DNA of 64,000 bases, taken from positions 6,697 to 70,696 of the forward strand of contig JAZNOL010000095.1 of assembly GCA_045580815.1 (NCBI GenBank). The letters are read 5' to 3'. Within the stretch, counting starts at the first letter, position 1, and every line of letters starts with the position of its first letter. The notes below the pieces were generated by a model that made no database searches, was not told where the DNA came from, and saw only the letters and a list, made by a program, of their open reading frames with translations. Both the position numbers and the translations under genes were made by a program. Below, in pieces: positions 1 to 10,257 of the stretch. This DNA is from Clostridia bacterium (GTDB taxonomy: Bacteria; Bacillota; Clostridia; RUG12999).

Positions 1-3000
1 TTCAAAAGGACTTTCATCAGTAAACGAAGCTGTTGCAACAGTTTCCCCATCAGAATTTTTTATTTCGCCTTTTACTGCATTTCCAATAACCGAAAGCTCA
101 AGCCGATACCATGCATTGCCCGAAATTTTGTCGCTGAAAGTTGTCTCAAAAACAGTTTTATTATCAACAACTTTTCTTAAAACAGGTGTGCCGTTATATA
201 TGGGGAATGACACCTCGTAATAATCCAGCTCATAATAATTTACCTTTGTGCGAAGTCCAAATATAAAATGACCGCTGTTTTCACGGTAAATATCAACACC
301 AACCGTCTGATTTTCTGCTGTGCTTGTATCGACAGTCAAATCTGTGCAGGAGGGGAAATTTATTCCGCAACCGTTGGCTTTAATAACACGGTTTTCTGCA
401 TTTGTCGGGTCAGAAGCAATCTGAATATAATTCTTATTTTCGTATCCGCCAAAAATATGAGAATTTCTCCAGTTACCGATTTGTGCTCCTTGTCCGTAAA
501 AAGGCTCTTCCATTAATTCATAATTTTCAAAATCATCACTGTAAACAGTTTTTTGCAAAAATTCCTCCGCATCGGGAACATAACCGTCAATAAACGAAGT
601 AACTTCATCAATTGAATTGAAATTTGACGATGCTGCGCCAAGTTTTTGTGCAAAAGCTGTTTTGTCAGGTATTTTATTGTAAAGTTTTCTGTTAAAACCT
701 ATGTAATATTCTTTTTCTGTTAAAATTTCATTTATTCTATCTGCTGTGTTTTTGCCTTTTAAAAACGCAAGTGTGCCCTCTTTTTCGTAAGTTTTCTTTA
801 AATCATCTGCATTTTTAAAAGTTTTTAAGCAAAGACTTTCGCATATTTCATCAAAATATTGTGCAAAAACGCCTTCAGCCGGAATAATTCCGAAACTGTC
901 TCCATATGCGGAAAGCACGGATTTTATTTCATCTTTATCTGCTGATTCAATCACAGCAACCATAATTTCACGTTTGGTGATTTCTTCAAGTTTTTCTGCT
1001 GTTTCAAAAACATCTCTACACTCCACTGGACTGTATGTAACGAGTTTCTGAGCAAGGCTTTCCAGCACATCGTCAGCAAGGTCTGTTATCTGATAATAGT
1101 CATATTCCATTATTCGCTCAGCCAACGTGGTAAGATATAGTTTCATTGCATCTTTATCTGCAGCACTGTTAAACGCATTAATCGCCGAAGAAACATATTC
1201 CTTATAATCGCTGTATTTTCCTGTGCGTTTTGCATAGTTTCTGCGGGTTTCTGCCTCTATGTTGGACAACACAAAATTGTCCGCATAAACCAATCCGGCA
1301 TCACCTGAAATATTAAGTGCAACACCGGTGTTGTTTCCCGAAAGCTCAAATGGAGTTTCGTCAAAGAAAATTCCTGACACCCAGTTTTGTGAATATTTTG
1401 TTCCTATACTGTAGGAAATCACATTTTTGTTCATGGTGATTTTTAAAGTATTATCGTCACCTGCTCGGTTTGTGCTGTTTACAAAGGTTTTTTCATATTT
1501 TATCTCGCCATTTTCCACCTTGCGGAACCTCGCTTTGGTATACTGCGGTTCAAGAAGAAGTTCATAATAAGACTTTTCTTTGTCGTGCACCATTGTACGA
1601 AGTCCGATATAAAATGCATAATTGCTCTGCGAAAACTGCACCTGTGCAAAATGCCGCGAATCAAGCTGCGTTCTGTCACCGCTAAAATTTATTGTTGATG
1701 TACAGCTTGGGTTTGCACCGCCGTTTGAAACAAGCACCATGTTTGTCTCATCTGCCGGGTCAACACCGCTTTTTATTTTTGTGCTGTCCCCGTAGCCTTT
1801 ATAAACCGACGATGTTCTCCAGTTGCCGACAGTTTTGTTCGGTCCTTTCAGAAAATCTCCCATCTCTTCATAGGTTTCCATATCGTCTGTAACAGCATAA
1901 ACCGCAGCATCATTTATCGCCGTCTCATTTTCTCGCTCAAGAGTCAGAAAAACAACGCTTTTTGCAGGCAGAACGAATGATGAAAAATCCACTTCGTTTT
2001 TTTCGGTTGTAGTGGAATAAATTGCATTTTCAGTATCTTTTCCCAGTATTTTTGCATTAATATCGTCTGCCGCAAACACAGTCTGAGAAGTAAGAGTATA
2101 TGCATTTTCAAAATCAAAATTAATATCTACATCATAATCGGCAGATTTGTTTGAAAGTGCAAGCTTGAGCTTTCCGTTTTCCTGCGACATTGCCAGAAGT
2201 GACACTTTATTTTTCAGCTCTGAGGGAAGATTTATATCGCTTTTTAAAACATAATCCCCCAGATTGTCACCAAAATCGTTATATAGCTTGCCAATGCCGG
2301 AGAGATACCATTTTTCTTCGTCCACACCTTTTCCGATAAAACCCCACTGTCCGTCAAGAGTGCCCGGATAACAGTAATAGTTTGCACCGGCAACATCACT
2401 GCGGTTATACATACGGATGAGAAAATCCGCAGTAGAAATGCAACCTGTCAGAGCATTTGTGTAACTTTCCACACCCACCTCTGACCATTTTGCCTGTTCA
2501 GTAATAACCAGTTTTATGCGGTTACTGCCCGTTATGTCCTGAATATCTGACGAAATCATATCAAGATATTTTTCCTGTATTGCCATTCCAACGCCGTCAT
2601 AGTACGCGTGATATGAGATATAGTCAATTTCTCCGCCAACTTCTTTTAAAATGGTTTTATGCCAGCTTCGCCATTCGTCCGATGTTACATTATATTCTAC
2701 CGGATAAGTTTTTCCGCAGGCAATAAATTTTGCGTCCGGATCTGCTTTTTTTATTTCTTTAATTGATGCTTTGATACGTTTGCAATATTCCTCTGCCGAA
2801 AGTGAGCCGTCAAGCTCATTTCCCAACTCATAAGCAAAAACATCAACAGGATTTTCAATGCCGCATTGAGCACGAAGTGCACCAAGCTTTGATGTTTTTG
2901 CATCACCTGTCATGAACTCTGCATACTCGCCGTTTAACTGCGGTGATTCATTGTAAACATTTATTCCTACAACAAATTTGCAGTTTTCATCTGCGGCAAG

Positions 3001-3408
3001 ACTTGATTTTATCCATTCAACAGGTCCGAAATTTATTTTATCTCCGGTAAAATACCACACACCGGGAGCTCCGGGTGTTTTTCTGTTTTCGTATTCACCA
3101 ACCGAATTTTTCCAGAAAAAATTATTCAGCGATGAGCCTGCCGTACGGGCAAGAGGCATATATTTTATGCCTGATATGCCCTTTGCAAATTCGTCCGATA
3201 TTTCAAGAGAAGTTTCGGATTTCATCATTTTGCTGTTGCCGGACGACCACTCACTGCCGACCCCTAAAATTTCGGGGTCGGCTTTGCGAATTACCGTACT
3301 TTCGGTTATAACAGCCGAGGCTTCAAGCAATTCTACGGCATTTGACGCATACGGAAATACACCAAATAAAACCGCTATCGCTAAAAACATCGCCGAATAT
3401 TTCTTCAT
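1..3408 (-). CDS. Giant secreted multidomain protein, partial (C-terminus lies beyond the window start). Signal peptide, a clan GH-A-like glycosidase domain, two LamG-like 'DDFExYE' modules and a helical 'KYSDY' module.
   Basis: The minus-strand frame is open from ATG 3408..3406 to position 1; an RBS AAGGAGTGG lies about 9 nt upstream on the minus strand. It is missing from the ORF track only because it has no in-window stop. My manual translation gives about 1135 aa. It begins MKKYSAMFLAIAVLFGVFPYASNA, a signal peptide. YELGNELDG and LVITEQ resemble the acid/base (NE) and nucleophile (TE) motifs of clan GH-A. Modules start at DDMETYEEMGDFLKGPNKTVGNWRTS and DDFENYELMEEPFYGQGAQIGNWRNS. Confidence 0.7.
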   Translation of the reverse strand, partial: MKKYSAMFLAIAVLFGVFPYASNAVELLEASAVITESTVIRKADPEILGVGSEWSSGNSKMMKSETSLEISDEFAKGISGIKYMPLARTAGSSLNNFFWKNSVGEYENRKTPGAPGVWYFTGDKINFGPVEWIKSSLAADENCKFVVGINVYNESPQLNGEYAEFMTGDAKTSKLGALRAQCGIENPVDVFAYELGNELDGSLSAEEYCKRIKASIKEIKKADPDAKFIACGKTYPVEYNVTSDEWRSWHKTILKEVGGEIDYISYHAYYDGVGMAIQEKYLDMISSDIQDITGSNRIKLVITEQAKWSEVGVESYTNALTGCISTADFLIRMYNRSDVAGANYYCYPGTLDGQWGFIGKGVDEEKWYLSGIGKLYNDFGDNLGDYVLKSDINLPSELKNKVSLLAMSQENGKLKLALSNKSADYDVDINFDFENAYTLTSQTVFAADDINAKILGKDTENAIYSTTTEKNEVDFSSFVLPAKSVVFLTLERENETAINDAAVYAVTDDMETYEEMGDFLKGPNKTVGNWRTSSVYKGYGDSTKIKSGVDPADETNMVLVSNGGANPSCTSTINFSGDRTQLDSRHFAQVQFSQSNYAFYIGLRTMVHDKEKSYYELLLEPQYTKARFRKVENGEIKYEKTFVNSTNRAGDDNTLKITMNKNVISYSIGTKYSQNWVSGIFFDETPFELSGNNTGVALNISGDAGLVYADNFVLSNIEAETRRNYAKRTGKYSDYKEYVSSAINAFNSAADKDAMKLYLTTLAERIMEYDYYQITDLADDVLESLAQKLVTYSPVECRDVFETAEKLEEITKREIMVAVIESADKDEIKSVLSAYGDSFGIIPAEGVFAQYFDEICESLCLKTFKNADDLKKTYEKEGTLAFLKGKNTADRINEILTEKEYYIGFNRKLYNKIPDKTAFAQKLGAASSNFNSIDEVTSFIDGYVPDAEEFLQKTVYSDDFENYELMEEPFYGQGAQIGNWRNSHIFGGYENKNYIQIASDPTNAENRVIKANGCGINFPSCTDLTVDTSTAENQTVGVDIYRENSGHFIFGLRTKVNYYELDYYEVSFPIYNGTPVLRKVVDNKTVFETTFSDKISGNAWYRLELSVIGNAVKGEIKNSDGETVATASFTDESPFE

Positions 3409-3437
3409 TTTACCACTCCTTGTGTTATCAAGGCTTA

Positions 3438-6400
3438 TTATTTTGTTGCTTCAAATATAATTTTTGCCGCCTGTGCTCTTGTAACAGCACCCGCCGGGTC
3501 AAATCTGCCGTCAGGCATACCGTTTACAATACCGTTTGCCTGCAAGTTTTTAACTGATGTAAACGCCCATTCTGATATAGATGCATCATCTGCAAAAACA
3601 GTAACACTTTCTTTTTCCAAAAGTTTATCTGTGCTGTTTAAGATACGGAACACCATAACGCTCATTTCTTCTCTTGTTATGGTCTTTTGGGGATTTGCAT
3701 ATCCGCCGTCGCCTTTAAGAACTCCGTTTTCATATGCTGCCATGATATATTCATAATACCAGTCGTTTTCCGCCACATCTTCAAAAACTTTTACTGTTTC
3801 CGCATCTTCCGGTGTGGCTTTTTCAAGGTTAAATGCGCACACAAGCATTTTTGCAAACTCTGCTCGTGTAACGTTTTTATCCGGTACAAATGTGCCGTTT
3901 TCATAACCGTTTATAATTTTTCTTGCAGAAAGCACACTAACGCTTTCATACGCCCAGTGCGACTGCTGTAAATCGCTGTAGGGGCTGGTTTCGCCTACCG
4001 GTTTTTGCGATTCTATAAACGCCGCAGTTCCGCTTGATGCAAAGCTACTGCCGCCACCGGCACCGCCGCCTCCACCGAAGCTGCCACCGCCACCGGAGCC
4101 GCCACCCGATTTTTCGGGTTCATAGCTGTCGATATAATCTTTAAGTTTGTCAATATCAGTTATGGTGTCTTTATCCCTTGCAATAGCATCATAAAGACTT
4201 CCTTTATCTGCTATATCAGCGTAGTTATCAGCATCATAGCCTATTGCCGCCGCATTGTCTTCAACAATTGAACGGTATTTAAGCACACTTTCGTTTTTAT
4301 CAAACGCAATAAACGCATATGCTTTTTCAAAAGCGGTTTTTACTTCCTCAAGTGATGTAAACGTACGTTTTTTCAGCGCATCATAGGTTTCTGTCTCGTA
4401 TGCCAAGAAATATTTGTTCTGCATATCAACGCCGTAATAATCGCTGTATTTTTCAAAACTGTCTTTAACTGCATCACCGGTTTCACGGTTTGATGCAAGT
4501 GCAACAACAGTTTCTTTTATAAGAGTATCAATAAGATTTTTAACATCTTCAATACCGATATTGCCCGAAGCATCACAAAAAGGTGTACCGTTAACAATTC
4601 TTTTTGCCATAAGGGTTAAATCACCCGGGATAATATCTGAAACCATATCGGCATCAAAATCGTTTATAACCGATATTTCGGTTTTTAAAACAGTTTCAAT
4701 GGTTGCACTGTCGTTCTCTTTAATTGCCTTATTGATTTTTTCAATAACAGGACGTTTTTCATCCAGATATTCCTGGGTTTTACCTGCGGCTTCGGCACTT
4801 GAAATTTCACCGGCAACCTGCACTTTGACACTTCTTGAATTGCCGTTTTCATCTTTTGCCGTGATAACGGCCGTTCCCTCACTACGCGACCGAAGAACAC
4901 CGTCTACAACAGTAGCCGCAATAGCGTTTCCGCTTTGGTAAGAAACTCCGTCTGTCTTATTGTTTATAACCGCAAACAGTTCTGTTTTGTCCCCTGCAAC
5001 AGTTTTTATTACATCTGTCGGGTCAGTTTCAATAAATGCCGCAACTTTTGAAATGTCTGCACCCTCAACATATACAAGACGATAAGGTTCTGCTGTTGTT
5101 CTGTTGATAAATTCGCAAATATTTCCGTTTATGTTTTCACTATTTGATGTTCCTATAAGGACTTTATCTGACAAATCTGCTTCGTTTGCAAGATAGAATT
5201 TTACATTCTCTGCAAAATTGCCGCTTGAATATGCTTTTATTTTTCTTATTACCTCGGTTTTGCCAAAGGCAATGCTGTAACCGCTATCTTCAGTTTTAAG
5301 CTCTTTATCAAAGGCAACATCATAATAAACCATGTCTTTGGGCAGAGTCTGTGATTCGGTATATACGTCAAAATCACGGTACTCAACATTATTCACATAC
5401 ACATCACCCTGATCGCCCTGACACATAAACTGCATGGTTGCACTGTTGCCCGTAAGGATATATGGCTGAGGATCAACGTAAACCCCTGTTTCGGTATTTC
5501 CGTTTACTGTAACACTGTAAACAATGTTGTTTCCTGCAACACCTACCGAAAATGTCATCCATGAACCTACCGGTGCTTTTAATTCCAAATCAGACTCATA
5601 CTTCACTTCATCATTTTGAACCTTGCGGAAAGTAAGTGTACTGTTTCCCTGCTGTTTTGTTGCAAGCTCATAATAACTTTTTTCGTCTGATGACACCGCT
5701 GTACGTATGCCAAATCTTGCCGAAACCGATTTGCCAAATATATCGGCTTTTCCATATGTATTTGAAGAAATTCCGTTTCGGTCTGCTATAAGATTGACAC
5801 ACGCATAATTGTTTGCACCATAACCTTTTACTAACATTACTCTGTCGTCTTCATATGAGTTTGCCGGATTGCCTGCAACACCGGTTGTCATATATATACC
5901 CTGCCAGCCGCTGCCACGGTAAACCGCCGAGGTTTTGAAATTATCGCCGATATACTGAACCGCCTCAGTGCGTTCATTCATTTTAAGCTCATAGCTGTCA
6001 ATATCATCGTAAAATGCAAATTTGTTACGCACGGGCGATACATAGGGTGCTTTGAAGCTGTCAATAAAATCTCTTAACTCTTCTAATGTTGTTATCTGTG
6101 ATTTATTATCCGAAATTGAATAATAAAGGTCTGATTTTTCGCCTATCGCATTATATTTGTTTACATCATAGCCTATAATGCCGGCATTCTTTTCTATTAT
6201 ATTTTTATAATCGGCAGATGTTTTTGCATCACCAAATCCACCCAGAACATATATTTTTTCTGCAAGGGAGGCAATCTGCAAAATATCCTCAAATGTCTGA
6301 CCGACAAAAGCTGATGATATTTCCGTTTTATATTTCAGATAATATTCTGATGTTATATCGATACCGTAAATATCAGAATATTTTTCGATTTTTTCAAGTA

Positions 6401-8006
6401 TTTTGTCTGTATCTGTTTCGCCGCTGATGTCTTCTACAGCAACCTCACGGCTGACAGCCGCTATGAGATTTTCTATATCTGCAACAGTAATATTTTCATT
6501 ACCGAATGTTTCACTGTCAAGAAGTCTTAAAGCAACGGCAGAAAGCTTGTCGCCACCAAAGGACAACAGAACAGCAGAATCAAAATCCAGAATTTTCGGC
6601 ATTTCATCGGTAAGTGCCGATTCCATTGCCATCTTATCATTATTTTTTATTGCTTCATTGATTGCATCAACAACGCTTTGTTTGGAAGCAATATATTCTT
6701 CTTCCGTTCCTTTATTTACTGCATTTTCAAGCTCCCCTATAACAGCAATGTCAACTGACAGATTATGTCCCGACGATGATGCAGTTATTTTTGTTTTACC
6801 TTTTTTTACGGGAACAACTTTTCCGTTTTCTGCTGTTACAACTGTTTTATCACTGCTTGTCCATGTTTCTGCGATGTCTGCACCGTCAATACGCGCAAGC
6901 AAATCCACGGTTTTTCCAAGTGCCACTGTAATTGTATCTGTCACTTCGCAGTAAATATCAATATTGCTGACATTTTCGCTGTCAACAAGCCAGTATTTAA
7001 ACGCACCTTTTGTTGTTTTATTTATGATCTCTGCACCGTAATCTGTCACTTCTTCTGCTGTTATTGTGCAGATTTCGGTTTTGTCTTCAAAATTATCGTC
7101 GTTTGAGCCGTAAAGTGTTTTACCCTCAAGATTTTCGTCTGAATAAACATGAATTTTTCTTGCAATCACTGCATTTTCTGCTTTCGCAAAAGCCACACCG
7201 TCTGGCATTTCAAAACCCGCCGCCGCATTGTAATACATCATGTTTTCGGGTTGCATACCTTCAGCGTAAAAATCAAATTCTCTGTATGTGATATTATCAT
7301 AGTAAACCCATGAGTCACCGGTTGATGCAAGCTGAACCTTTGTGTCTTTAACGGCAATTTCAAAAGGTGACGCATCTTTATAGGTTCCGGAATATGTATT
7401 TCCGTCGTATGTAACACTATAATTAATGTTATTACCCATAATTTTTGCCGACAGTGTCATCCATTTTGCAGATGCGATGTTTGGCATATCTGTCAAAGTA
7501 GACGAATATTTTTCCTCACCCTCAACAACTTTTCGAAATGTGATTTTTACCGCATGTTTAGGAATATACATTTCATAGTAGCTTTTTTCGTTGCTGCTTG
7601 TCATAAAGCGCACACCGTATGATGCATCGCCGTTTTTATTCGGAATATACATATCCGCTGAAAAAAGCATATCATTTTTTGCATCAGATGTATCGGCAAC
7701 AAGATTAAGACACGCCTGGTTGCCGGACCCAAAACTGCTCATTGCCATAACTTTTTCGCCGGCAATTGTGGGATTTTCTATTACCTGAACAGACATATAT
7801 CTGCCCTGCCAGCCGGAGCCTCTGTAAACCGAAGATTTTGAAAAATTACCAACGGTAAATACGCCTGCTGTATTTGCCACATCCATTATTTCGTAATCTT
7901 CAAAATCATCAAAAAAATTAAACATTTCGGCAGAGGCATTACACACTATTCCAAATGATGAAAGCAGCATCGCCGCCACAACAAGAACGGTTATAAATTT
8001 TTTCAT
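3438..8006 (-). CDS. S-layer-anchored giant surface protein, 1522 aa. Signal peptide, two LamG-like DDFEDYE modules, two Big_2-like segments, two helical KYSDY modules, a poly-Gly linker and a C-terminal SLH triplet.
   Basis: ORF track. The N-terminus MKKFITVLVVAAMLLSSFGIVCNASA is a signal peptide. The repeated modules begin FFDDFEDYEIMDVANTAGVFTVGNF and FYDDIDSYELKMNE...IGDNF. Big_2-like segments include VALGKTVDLLARIDGADIAETWTSSDKTVVTA. The linker reads GGGSGGGGSFGGGGGAGGGSS. The last 200 aa or so carry the SLH consensus (HWAYESVSVL..., VTRAEFAKMLV, DWYYEYIMAAYENGVLKG, GRFDPAGAVTRAQAAKII). Confidence 0.85.
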   Translation of the reverse strand: MKKFITVLVVAAMLLSSFGIVCNASAEMFNFFDDFEDYEIMDVANTAGVFTVGNFSKSSVYRGSGWQGRYMSVQVIENPTIAGEKVMAMSSFGSGNQACLNLVADTSDAKNDMLFSADMYIPNKNGDASYGVRFMTSSNEKSYYEMYIPKHAVKITFRKVVEGEEKYSSTLTDMPNIASAKWMTLSAKIMGNNINYSVTYDGNTYSGTYKDASPFEIAVKDTKVQLASTGDSWVYYDNITYREFDFYAEGMQPENMMYYNAAAGFEMPDGVAFAKAENAVIARKIHVYSDENLEGKTLYGSNDDNFEDKTEICTITAEEVTDYGAEIINKTTKGAFKYWLVDSENVSNIDIYCEVTDTITVALGKTVDLLARIDGADIAETWTSSDKTVVTAENGKVVPVKKGKTKITASSSGHNLSVDIAVIGELENAVNKGTEEEYIASKQSVVDAINEAIKNNDKMAMESALTDEMPKILDFDSAVLLSFGGDKLSAVALRLLDSETFGNENITVADIENLIAAVSREVAVEDISGETDTDKILEKIEKYSDIYGIDITSEYYLKYKTEISSAFVGQTFEDILQIASLAEKIYVLGGFGDAKTSADYKNIIEKNAGIIGYDVNKYNAIGEKSDLYYSISDNKSQITTLEELRDFIDSFKAPYVSPVRNKFAFYDDIDSYELKMNERTEAVQYIGDNFKTSAVYRGSGWQGIYMTTGVAGNPANSYEDDRVMLVKGYGANNYACVNLIADRNGISSNTYGKADIFGKSVSARFGIRTAVSSDEKSYYELATKQQGNSTLTFRKVQNDEVKYESDLELKAPVGSWMTFSVGVAGNNIVYSVTVNGNTETGVYVDPQPYILTGNSATMQFMCQGDQGDVYVNNVEYRDFDVYTESQTLPKDMVYYDVAFDKELKTEDSGYSIAFGKTEVIRKIKAYSSGNFAENVKFYLANEADLSDKVLIGTSNSENINGNICEFINRTTAEPYRLVYVEGADISKVAAFIETDPTDVIKTVAGDKTELFAVINNKTDGVSYQSGNAIAATVVDGVLRSRSEGTAVITAKDENGNSRSVKVQVAGEISSAEAAGKTQEYLDEKRPVIEKINKAIKENDSATIETVLKTEISVINDFDADMVSDIIPGDLTLMAKRIVNGTPFCDASGNIGIEDVKNLIDTLIKETVVALASNRETGDAVKDSFEKYSDYYGVDMQNKYFLAYETETYDALKKRTFTSLEEVKTAFEKAYAFIAFDKNESVLKYRSIVEDNAAAIGYDADNYADIADKGSLYDAIARDKDTITDIDKLKDYIDSYEPEKSGGGSGGGGSFGGGGGAGGGSSFASSGTAAFIESQKPVGETSPYSDLQQSHWAYESVSVLSARKIINGYENGTFVPDKNVTRAEFAKMLVCAFNLEKATPEDAETVKVFEDVAENDWYYEYIMAAYENGVLKGDGGYANPQKTITREEMSVMVFRILNSTDKLLEKESVTVFADDASISEWAFTSVKNLQANGIVNGMPDGRFDPAGAVTRAQAAKIIFEATK
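3441..4046 (-). other. SLH (S-layer homology) domain triplet of the 1522-aa protein
   Basis: Three W/F...G...G.F.P...VTRAE.A motifs follow the poly-Gly linker that is encoded around 4040..4110. Confidence 0.7.
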
Positions 8007-8023
8007 ATTTTCATCCGCCTTTC

Positions 8024-8704
8024 TTATAAATCAAGCATTTCAAATATTTTCAGTGACCGCAGACTGCTTACCATTTCTTTTGTGCTGCTGTAACCGAGTT
8101 TTCTTAAAATATTGCGTATCTGGGTATTGATTGTTACCATTTCAACATTACGTTTATCGGCTATTTCTTTACGTTTTACGCCGCTGTAAACCATTTTCAA
8201 AATCTCAAGCTCTGCATTTGTAAGGTTTGTTATTACCGAAACAATATACATGAGGCTACCTTGCTGTTTATGCATTTTTGAAAATTCGCCAAGAATTTTT
8301 TTGGCTATGTTGGGTCTTATAAAAATTTCGTTTTTATATACATTTCTGATTGAAGATATTATCTCCGAATCGGAAGCTGTTTTTACAATATAATCAACGG
8401 CACCCGCACCGTAGGATTTAAAAATAAGGTCATCCTCTTTATGAATTGTGATTGTAATAATCTTGATTTCGGGGTTTTTAACCAATATTTTTTCGGTAGC
8501 GGCAATGCCTGCTTCTTCACTTTCAAGCTGAATATCCATCAGAATTATATCGGGTTTCAGTTGTTCGGCAAGCGGTATAACCTCTGATGCACTGCCTGCT
8601 GTTGCCACAACCTGCATATCGTTCTGAGAGTTTATTATCTTTTCAAAGTGCCGGCAAATTTGCGGCATATCATCGCAAATAATAATTTTAATTTCACTCA
8701 TCAA
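8024..8704 (-). CDS. Two-component response regulator, NarL/LuxR (DegU-like) family
   Basis: The receiver domain reads IIICDDMP...ILMDIQL. The C-terminal LuxR-type HTH reads LTNAELEILKMVYSGVKRKEIADKRNVEMVTINTQIRNILRKL. The gene overlaps the upstream kinase gene by 11 nt, consistent with an operon. Confidence 0.88.
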   Translation of the reverse strand: MMSEIKIIICDDMPQICRHFEKIINSQNDMQVVATAGSASEVIPLAEQLKPDIILMDIQLESEEAGIAATEKILVKNPEIKIITITIHKEDDLIFKSYGAGAVDYIVKTASDSEIISSIRNVYKNEIFIRPNIAKKILGEFSKMHKQQGSLMYIVSVITNLTNAELEILKMVYSGVKRKEIADKRNVEMVTINTQIRNILRKLGYSSTKEMVSSLRSLKIFEMLDL

Positions 8705-10199
8705 GATCTATCTCCTTCATTGTCGGTAACAAAATCTGAAACTCGGTATATTTGCCTTCTTCACTTTCAACAAAAATAAGACCGTTGTGCGCCGAAAGCA
8801 CCTTATAAACATACGACAGCCCTATCCCCCAGCTTTTTGAGTTGTGCTTGGTGGAAAAAAGCGGTTTGAAAATTTTCTTCATATTTTTTCTCGGTATTCC
8901 GCAACCGTTATCACGGATTGATGTAAGAATCCAGTCGCTTTCACTTTTTACATAAATTTCTATACGCTTTTCCGATTCATTTTCTTCCACGGCTTCTATT
9001 GCGTTGTAAAGCATATTTTCAAACATTCTTGTTATATGCCTTTTATCGCACAAAACCTCAACTCTTTTTTCCGGAAAATCATACTCAACCTTTATATTGC
9101 GGTCAACAACCGTTAACTTAACTGCTTTTTCAATTCGCTCGCAAATATCCGCTTCTTCAATATTTATTTCAGATTCATTGAATACACTGAGCAGATTAGA
9201 GAGCGAATGTGCTGATTTTTCTGTGATTATCTGTAGTTCTTTAACATCCTCAAGTCCCTGTGGCGTGCCGTAATTTTCCTCAATCGATTCACTTAAAAAT
9301 TTAAGGCTGATAAGCACGTTTTTATATGAATGAAGCACGGGACGTATATCCGAAAACAGTAGTTTTGTTCGTTTTGAAATTGTCAGTTTCTTAAAAAAGT
9401 CCACACGCTCAAGCACGCGGAATTTTGCCAGCATAACAACAGTTCCTTCAAACAAAACAAGAACCGCAAAGGGGATTATTGTGTACATAACCTGCGAATA
9501 TCTCAAATATGCATTATTGAATTTAAGCAAATTTGTCAGATCAATAAGAGAAAATTCGAATGTACTGATAAACAGCATATAAATATAGAATACATTTATG
9601 AATGACAACACAATTACCATAACTGTTATTTTGTGCTTTTTGTACATGATGTTTGTGTTGTGATATTCCATAATAAACGTCACAATCGGATACAGTATGT
9701 AGAATATCACAATTGCATAGTTAAGATACCTGGCAACTTCTAAAACAGTAAACGCAACGGCACGTTCCGCATCATGCAAAGAATAATATACAAATGCATG
9801 CAGTTTGCGGCAAAATTCCGAAGAATTTACAATAAAAAACAACACCGCCGGAATCAGGCTTATCACATTTATAAGCACTCGTTTACCGTCTTTTTTTGTT
9901 GGTTCAAAAAACCTTGCAAACATCCACATTGCCAGCATATAAACGAATATGCCGAAATTCAGTATATTCACCGCTTCATAAAATCCAATTTTTCTGTTTG
10001 ACAGCCACATATAGATTTTATTTTCAAAATTAAAGAAAGCAGTTATAGCGGACATCTTGCTTACAAGCAGTATCATAGCAAGCATCATGCAAGCTATGCT
10101 GAAGCTCATAAGCACAAACACCCATGTATGACGGTTTTTATAGTTTATCGCCAGAAGTGCCACTGCAAATATAAACAAAAGTACGATTGCAACAATCAT
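8694..10199 (-). CDS. Sensor histidine kinase with a multi-pass membrane N-terminus, a LytS/YesM-type His_kinase box and a HATPase_c domain
   Basis: The first roughly 250 aa are hydrophobic, about 6-7 TM segments. The putative H-box RPVLHSYKNVLISLKFL resembles the PF06580 consensus (nPHFLfNtLnsI). The HATPase motifs are NMLYNAIEAV...DNGCGIP...GIGLSY. Confidence 0.8.
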   Translation of the reverse strand: MIVAIVLLFIFAVALLAINYKNRHTWVFVLMSFSIACMMLAMILLVSKMSAITAFFNFENKIYMWLSNRKIGFYEAVNILNFGIFVYMLAMWMFARFFEPTKKDGKRVLINVISLIPAVLFFIVNSSEFCRKLHAFVYYSLHDAERAVAFTVLEVARYLNYAIVIFYILYPIVTFIMEYHNTNIMYKKHKITVMVIVLSFINVFYIYMLFISTFEFSLIDLTNLLKFNNAYLRYSQVMYTIIPFAVLVLFEGTVVMLAKFRVLERVDFFKKLTISKRTKLLFSDIRPVLHSYKNVLISLKFLSESIEENYGTPQGLEDVKELQIITEKSAHSLSNLLSVFNESEINIEEADICERIEKAVKLTVVDRNIKVEYDFPEKRVEVLCDKRHITRMFENMLYNAIEAVEENESEKRIEIYVKSESDWILTSIRDNGCGIPRKNMKKIFKPLFSTKHNSKSWGIGLSYVYKVLSAHNGLIFVESEEGKYTEFQILLPTMKEIDLDE

Positions 10200-10257
10200 C
10201 CAAAAGACACCCTCTTTAAAATATAATATAAAGACAAATTTTTGCCCTATATATATT

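Noticed and set aside
268-3460. Several 60-160-aa plus-strand ORFs (268..516, 402..593, 1470..1892, 2978..3460, 3075..3311)
   Set aside because: They lie antisense inside the long uninterrupted minus-strand frame 1..3408, which has a signal peptide, RBS and domain motifs; they are spurious.
4040-4110. GC-rich (GGN)n-like low-complexity DNA
   Set aside because: It encodes the poly-Gly linker (GGGSGGGGSFGGGGGAGGG) before the SLH domains. It is coding, not a microsatellite or CRISPR; a second instance lies at 25270..25335.
3687-7788. Small ORFs on both strands inside 3438..8006 (for example 4561..4941, 6403..6954, 7064..7291)
   Set aside because: They are embedded in the 1522-aa CDS with low-complexity translations; no RBS and no motifs.
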